Assembly (NCBI GenBank): GCA_963751345.1
Contig: CAVVUS010000027.1
Coordinates: forward strand, 64,001-128,000
Direction: 5' to 3'
Length of the DNA: 64,000 nucleotides
Source: an uncultured Chloroflexia bacterium
GTDB taxonomy: Bacteria; Chloroflexota; Anaerolineae; B4-G1; SLSP01
Shown: piece by piece, positions 58,516-64,000 of the stretch
Layout of the letters: every line of letters begins with the position of its first letter
Numbering within the stretch: position 1 is the stretch's first letter
Translations under genes and position numbers: made by a program
Notes under the pieces: model-generated
What the model was told of the DNA's origin: nothing
Database searches by the model: none
The model's input: the letters and a program-made list of their open reading frames with translations, nothing else

Positions 58516-59610
58516 CTACTGGAAGTACTCGGAGGCTACTTCGTCTATGGTAAGCCAGTAGGAGATCACATCGCCAGGCGCCATAGACTCGGCCATCGAG
58601 CGATACTCTTCCTGGTTATCGTAGGTGTACCACACCTTGGAGGGAAGGTAGATGCTGTTGTACTGAGGATTGGAGTAGACGCCGTCCTTGAGCTGCTTAC
58701 CCATCAACAGGTTCAGTCCAAAGTTCAGGGCAGAGCCGCCCACGCCGGGAGGGTTCGAAACGACGATGTAGGGCAGAACTTCGCTGTCGGCGTTGATCTT
58801 GAGCATGCGCTGCATATACTCGCCGCTGTCGGCAAAGCCCAGGAACTTGGGCAGCGTGGCGCCTGCGGCATCATAAGCGGCGAGGATATTTTCAGCGCCC
58901 TGGGAGACCAGGATGCCGTCGAACTCCAGGCCCGAGTTGAGGATCTCGGTCATGATCTGCTGACCCTTCACCGAGTTCCAGTCGTGGTTATAGGTGCCCA
59001 CGACCTCCAGACCCTGCTCCTCGATGCCCTTCTCAAAACCGGCCTGGCGGTCGGTGTTGGCGGCATTTCCGTCAAGGGCAGCAATCATCACGACCTTCGC
59101 GCCCGGTCCAAGCACCTCACCGGCATACGTGGCGGTCTTGTAGCCGAGATAGTACTGGTCGGTCGCGACATTAAGGATCTTGTCGGAGTAATACTCGCAG
59201 TCGACGTTGATATAGATGATCCCAGCATCAAGAGCCTTGTCGATAATCGGGTCGAGGCCAGTGGGAGCTACCGGGTTGACCAAGATGATATCGTAGCCCT
59301 CGTTGATGCTGTTCTCAAGCTGCTGCGACTCCGTTGCGGGGTCCCAGTTTGAGACGAACGACGCGTACGACACGTTGAGGCCATGATCGATGGCCGCTGC
59401 AGCAGCATCCTGAATATCCTGCTCATAGCGGACGCGATAGGCATTGCCTTCGATCACGGCGTTATGGGAAGCCAGCTTGACATCTGTAGGACCGGCTTCG
59501 GATCCCCCGGCGGGAAGTTCGGTAGGGGCAGGGGCCCCGCCAGGGCTCGCGCAACCGACAACCGAGACGGCCAACATGCAAACGACCAGCAAAGCAAACA
59601 GGGACTTCAT
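58516..59610 (-). CDS. Sugar ABC transporter substrate-binding lipoprotein
   Basis: MKSLF...VVGC lipobox; Peripla_BP-like GYDIILVNPV. Confidence 0.88.
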   Translation of the reverse strand: MKSLFALLVVCMLAVSVVGCASPGGAPAPTELPAGGSEAGPTDVKLASHNAVIEGNAYRVRYEQDIQDAAAAAIDHGLNVSYASFVSNWDPATESQQLENSINEGYDIILVNPVAPTGLDPIIDKALDAGIIYINVDCEYYSDKILNVATDQYYLGYKTATYAGEVLGPGAKVVMIAALDGNAANTDRQAGFEKGIEEQGLEVVGTYNHDWNSVKGQQIMTEILNSGLEFDGILVSQGAENILAAYDAAGATLPKFLGFADSGEYMQRMLKINADSEVLPYIVVSNPPGVGGSALNFGLNLLMGKQLKDGVYSNPQYNSIYLPSKVWYTYDNQEEYRSMAESMAPGDVISYWLTIDEVASEYFQ

Positions 59611-59757
59611 TGCAGTTCCTCCTTGAGAGCCTCGATCAACGATGGACGGAAATCCGGACAGATATACTTCATACACACTCCTTCTGTCGGTCGATATGTG
59701 GCAAAGCGCATAGATGGGTGGCTGGCAGCGCCTGCCCTGAAGCAACAACACCGCGCG

Positions 59758-60699
59758 CTAAGCGCTCTCGATCAGACTGTGCAGATACCTCTGCGCCAAC
59801 CCGATCTGCTTCTCAATGTATTCATAGCCCAGGATTTTCCCGTCTCGGAAGGGCATGTGGCAGAACTCGTAATTGATGTAGCCCTCATAGCCGATCTTCT
59901 TGAGCTCACTGATGAATGCAGGATAGTTCGTCAGCACGGGCTGAATGTTCGGATCGAAAGTAACCATGGTGATGGAACCGTCTGGATTCTCCACGAACTC
60001 GGCGTTAGCGTGCGAGATCATCTGCAGGTCGCCTACATCGCGCACTGCCTGTTTCACGTATGCATCGTCTTGTACCACCGCATTCCACCCAAAGCAAGGG
60101 ACGTCAAGGCTGCACTTGAAATAGGGGGAATCCACCCACTTCACGAAATCCAGCATATCGTGATACGTCTGGATGATGGGGTGATGATTCTGCAGCGCCA
60201 ACACGACGCCGGCCTCCTCCGCCCACTTCGCGCACTCCCTAAAGCAGGCTGTGGCACGCTGGCGAATCTCGTAATCCGTGGAGTCGTAGTAGGTGTGGTG
60301 CTTCGCGGTAACCTCATAGGTCGCGATACCATTCCTGAACGTGATGCCTCGCCAGGCCACGAACAGGCGCAGCACCGGCGCCCCCAGATCCTTGGCAACA
60401 CGGATTTGCTCCTTCACCATCAGCAGCTCATTCTCGATATGCTCGGGAACCGGAGAGGTGAAGTTGTTGTTTGCAGCTACGCCGGCCATCTCCAGACCCT
60501 GCTTGTCAGCATAAGCCCTGATCTGCTTGCAGCGCTCTGTAGTGAGATCCAGCGGAGAACCATGAGGACGCTTGAGATCGATCTCTACACCCTCGTAGCC
60601 GTACTTCTTCGCAGTGTCGATGAATTCCTCGACGGTCAGGGCAGGCTTATCGTTGTACCAAGTGCCGGAACAAGAGATCGAATACAGACCGACTTTCAT
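59758..60699 (-). CDS. Sugar phosphate isomerase/epimerase
   Basis: GYEGVEI, LALQNHHP, GYINYEFCH. Confidence 0.8.
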   Translation of the reverse strand: MKVGLYSISCSGTWYNDKPALTVEEFIDTAKKYGYEGVEIDLKRPHGSPLDLTTERCKQIRAYADKQGLEMAGVAANNNFTSPVPEHIENELLMVKEQIRVAKDLGAPVLRLFVAWRGITFRNGIATYEVTAKHHTYYDSTDYEIRQRATACFRECAKWAEEAGVVLALQNHHPIIQTYHDMLDFVKWVDSPYFKCSLDVPCFGWNAVVQDDAYVKQAVRDVGDLQMISHANAEFVENPDGSITMVTFDPNIQPVLTNYPAFISELKKIGYEGYINYEFCHMPFRDGKILGYEYIEKQIGLAQRYLHSLIESA

Positions 60700-61075
60700 C
60701 TCGTAGTACCTCCTCATCGGCGGTGGATGTGGCTGTTACTTTGTTCAGATCCTAAGCGCCGACAGTCTTGACGTTCGCTCAGATTGGAAAATGCCGGGAT
60801 GTGCCTTGTCGTTGGTACCTCAATTGAGGAGCTGATTTATCACTTTGCGTGTGCCGGTCTCTCTGCGGCGGGGCTCACCTGAACCCATCGTGATCCGCGC
60901 CGGTCTCGATCTGCCGGCCTAGACACCTCCTTCGATGCGAGTTAGCCCGTCAATAGTCCGATCATCTCTGACCATTGGATGGATTTTGCCTGGAAGAAAA
61001 ACCGGAGGTACTGTGTAGTGTACAGCCATTGTAATATCATCCGGCTGACAGCGCTAGTGTGAAATCGATCGACTC

Positions 61076-62494
61076 CTACCAGTCAGTCTCGATAGGATCA
61101 TCCGTCCACAAGATGCCCAGGGCTTCCTGCACACGGGTGAGGTACGCCTCCCGCATTGCCACCTCTGTCACGCCGTTGATCTGTACGTAGAGCCGTCTGG
61201 CATCGCCCGGGTAGAGCCCCATCACGTCCGGTTGCTTCTGCCCGTCGCGATAGTGATAGGTAAGCTGCAACAGCGGCGTCCCTTCCACTGCAATGTCATC
61301 AAGGAACGTGCCATCGTGGGCGGCACTGATGAGCAGGCCATACAAAGCACGGAAACGCTCGATATCCAATTCCTTCCCGTTACAGGTGACCTGTTTATCC
61401 GCGTTGGTCTCACCGGTGATGACAAAGTCATAGTCCTTGCCGCCGGTAGTCAGCTCGATCTCGCGCACATCTATCAATAGGGGCGAGAGAAACCATCGCA
61501 CCGGCAGCTTGCCGTATTCGATATTCAGGAAGGCTGGCTCCTGTATAGCATAAATTACGCCATTGTCATTGCAGGTAAGATACGTGGCATCGTCCTTCTG
61601 CAGCAGTGCCAGGGAGTAGTGCTCCGCGACCGCATCGGCGCCGTTCTTTAGGTCGAATTCCACACGCATGGTGGGCTCGCCAAACCCAAAAGCCATGATC
61701 TCCTCCTGCGTAAGGCCATAGCCCACGATATCATAAGCGGATATCCCAAGAAGCGAGCCCATCATCTCCACACCGTAGGTCTGGTCCACCTCGTAGACGC
61801 CCTTGCCCCGCACGATGTGTGTAGGCGCGCCAAAGGATATTGCCGCCCGTGCTACGTCCGGGTCACCTGCAGCCACGGCCTCCAGCGTCACTGGCTCTGC
61901 CAACGACCCGCCGATAAAGGTCACATTCAGGACCGCTGAGAGCGGCGAGGACATCGCCAGCTTCGGCGTTACCAGATCCTCAACGTAGGCTTTCTTGGGA
62001 AGCAGGAAGTCGGCGGAGCGCTTCGATTCCATCAGATATACCGCTGGATCGCCTTCCACGCTGAAGTAGGTATTCCCCGATACCGGCTCCACATCGCCTA
62101 TGAGCAACGTCAAAGCGCTGCCCCCCGAATACCCAATCTCAACCCGCGCGGCGGGCTCGCTCAGACCATAGAGATCCAAATCGCCGGACGCGGAGGTCAC
62201 GATACGCATCGCATCGACCCTGGCGCAATTCGTCAGCAGATCGATGAACTTCTCCATATTCACCAGATCAGCTGGGATATCATCCACGAGATAACCCTCA
62301 CCGGTGAAAGAGACATCGATCGTGTCATACTGGTTACTGATGAAGACGTGGACTACATCCGTAGGCTCGGCGGCCTTGAAGGATACCCCGCTGCCCTCTA
62401 TCTTCTTGGGGTTGAGCAGCAACAGCGCCGATGCAATCGCAAGCAACGCCACTGCGCTTGCGGCGATCGCCACCAGCCTGCTCTCTCGGGTCAT
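61076..62494 (-). CDS. DUF4340 domain membrane-anchored protein
   Basis: N-terminal TM; repeated YGLSEP/FGFGEP and LLIGD modules; follows GldG. Confidence 0.75.
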   Translation of the reverse strand: MTRESRLVAIAASAVALLAIASALLLLNPKKIEGSGVSFKAAEPTDVVHVFISNQYDTIDVSFTGEGYLVDDIPADLVNMEKFIDLLTNCARVDAMRIVTSASGDLDLYGLSEPAARVEIGYSGGSALTLLIGDVEPVSGNTYFSVEGDPAVYLMESKRSADFLLPKKAYVEDLVTPKLAMSSPLSAVLNVTFIGGSLAEPVTLEAVAAGDPDVARAAISFGAPTHIVRGKGVYEVDQTYGVEMMGSLLGISAYDIVGYGLTQEEIMAFGFGEPTMRVEFDLKNGADAVAEHYSLALLQKDDATYLTCNDNGVIYAIQEPAFLNIEYGKLPVRWFLSPLLIDVREIELTTGGKDYDFVITGETNADKQVTCNGKELDIERFRALYGLLISAAHDGTFLDDIAVEGTPLLQLTYHYRDGQKQPDVMGLYPGDARRLYVQINGVTEVAMREAYLTRVQEALGILWTDDPIETDW

Positions 62495-62495
62495 G

Positions 62496-63956
62496 TCACT
62501 GATACCTTCTGACGAGCCAGATCACGATGCCCGCTGCCAGAACTGCAAGCGGCAAGACCCCCGCTAGCAGGATGCCCAATGTGTTGCTCTGCGCAGTGGT
62601 GATGGAAAGCGTGTTGCCCGCCAAAGACTTGGGTTGGATATTCACTGCGTCGCTGCGTTCACAGAGCGTATTGAACAGATTGAGAAGATATTGGCTATTC
62701 GCCAGCGAGCTGTTTTGGATCGAGAAGGCATCGAGCATAGCGGTGGATGCCGACACCACCAGATTGGACCGGAATTGGGTCACGCCGGTCGTCCCATAGA
62801 TGCGCTTGCTGGCCAGCACCAGTGCGGGCATAGGTCCCCATCGCTCCGCTTGGTCCACTGTAAAACTGTCGACGGCTTCGGCGGGGCGTACGCCGCTCGT
62901 CTCTGAATACTGGAGCAGAATCTCGTTATAGTTGCTGTCTCGCGTCTCAAAGAGCAGCTCCAAGGGCCGCGACAGGGGCATCAGCACGGGAGAAGAAGCG
63001 TCGATCAGCATGTCGCGGTAGCCCTCAGCCACGTACTCCGCCACCGGATAGTAGGGCTGATACTGATAGGTACGCGTTGCCGTGGTCTCAAATACCGCAC
63101 CATCGCCAACAATGATACCCCATTCCTTGAGGAATGCCGCCAGGTTAGGCAGCGAGTCCTGGGTCACGTCGGCCGTGTAGAACAGCGTCTTGCCATAGAC
63201 ACCATCATTGTAGAGAAACGCGTCCAGCTTCTTGAGCGCGTCCTCGGAGAGATCGATGCGTGGGCCAAATAACAGTGCTAGGTCATAGGAATCGTCCAAC
63301 GCATCCGTGGTGAGATTGACCGTGGAGAGCTCGTAGTTGTTCGCGACGAGTAGGTCGGTAAAGGCGGGCATGTCGATCATGCCGTTGCCTGTGAGTACGG
63401 CCACGCGCACCGGATCGCCGCTGACCACGTACAGGATGGCCGAGGTCAGTGCCTCCTCCGCCCGAGAGGATTGTATGGTCATATTCCCACTCTCGGCATA
63501 GGTATAGTTGAACAAGTCCGAGAGTTGCAGTTGCTTGACGCGATCATCGCAGGTCACCAGCACATCCCCCTGCGACAGGGTGAGGTCCGGATACCTTCTG
63601 GCAAAGGTAGGATCGGAAACGTAGTCGACATAGGTCAGGGTCACCCGAGGCGAGAGCGCGGGATATTGGTCGATGATTCGCTGCGCCTGGACCAGGTAGG
63701 GAGAGCCGCCGAAGGCATCCTCTGTGGCCAACACGTAGACGGCCACATCGCTATCAAGCCCCTGCAACAGCGCCTTGGTATCTTCGCCTACCTCATAGGC
63801 GGCATTTGCCGTGAGGTCGATCGCCAGAGGATAGCGTTGGCCCAACTGCAAGGCCACAAAGTTGGTCAGGAACACGCCCACGACCAAGAGAGACAGAAGC
63901 ACCACGAACAAGAGCCGGCGCTGCCGCGATTGCGCGTGGCCCTTGGCTTTCGGCAT
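62496..63956 (-). CDS. GldG-family ABC accessory protein
   Basis: TM, IDLTANAAY, EEALTSAILYV, C-terminal TM IWLVRR. Confidence 0.82.
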   Translation of the reverse strand: MPKAKGHAQSRQRRLLFVVLLSLLVVGVFLTNFVALQLGQRYPLAIDLTANAAYEVGEDTKALLQGLDSDVAVYVLATEDAFGGSPYLVQAQRIIDQYPALSPRVTLTYVDYVSDPTFARRYPDLTLSQGDVLVTCDDRVKQLQLSDLFNYTYAESGNMTIQSSRAEEALTSAILYVVSGDPVRVAVLTGNGMIDMPAFTDLLVANNYELSTVNLTTDALDDSYDLALLFGPRIDLSEDALKKLDAFLYNDGVYGKTLFYTADVTQDSLPNLAAFLKEWGIIVGDGAVFETTATRTYQYQPYYPVAEYVAEGYRDMLIDASSPVLMPLSRPLELLFETRDSNYNEILLQYSETSGVRPAEAVDSFTVDQAERWGPMPALVLASKRIYGTTGVTQFRSNLVVSASTAMLDAFSIQNSSLANSQYLLNLFNTLCERSDAVNIQPKSLAGNTLSITTAQSNTLGILLAGVLPLAVLAAGIVIWLVRRYQ

Positions 63957-64000
63957 GGCGCGGTGCCTTACGTGTTTGCATCCATTTCATTCCCGTCACC

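Noticed and set aside
59383-60771. Long plus-strand ORFs (this one, 16869..17828, 33680..34780 and others)
   Set aside because: Antisense shadows of well-supported genes in high-GC DNA, with no recognisable motifs.

Overview
High-GC bacterial chromosomal window, most likely Chloroflexota/Anaerolineae (inferred from gene content: sortase, DUF6391, Mut7-C, L31 with a C-terminal extension). About 18 genes are split by 1-2 bp frameshifts, which look like long-read assembly errors. Layout: 0.8-12 kb housekeeping (holA, sortase, two hpt, tdk, rplU-rpmA-rpmE, Mut7-C, radA, ftsK, HAD); 12-17 kb HlyD/ABC exporter; 17-54.6 kb a long minus-strand carbohydrate/hexuronate cluster (GH4, GH2, AGE epimerase, YidJ sulfatase, AKRs, URO-D-like, PPi-PFK-like, gnd, LarA-family, proBA, HAD, uxuB, uxaE, uxaC, LacI); 54.7-64 kb sugar ABC transporter plus GldG/DUF4340 genes. 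Most striking signal: dispersed short hairpin units (18-bp GCGCCTCAGACGGCNNNN and 21-bp ATGCGYCCAGCAGACTGGACG) inserted in frame, singly, in tandem or nested, into about 14 unrelated conserved genes, alongside intergenic 7/8-mer arrays carrying related hairpin modules. Also notable: an L31 fused to an RNAP alpha-CTD-like domain, and a hexuronate pathway without uxuA/kdgK/kdgA that may run through a LarA-family epimerase and Gnd.
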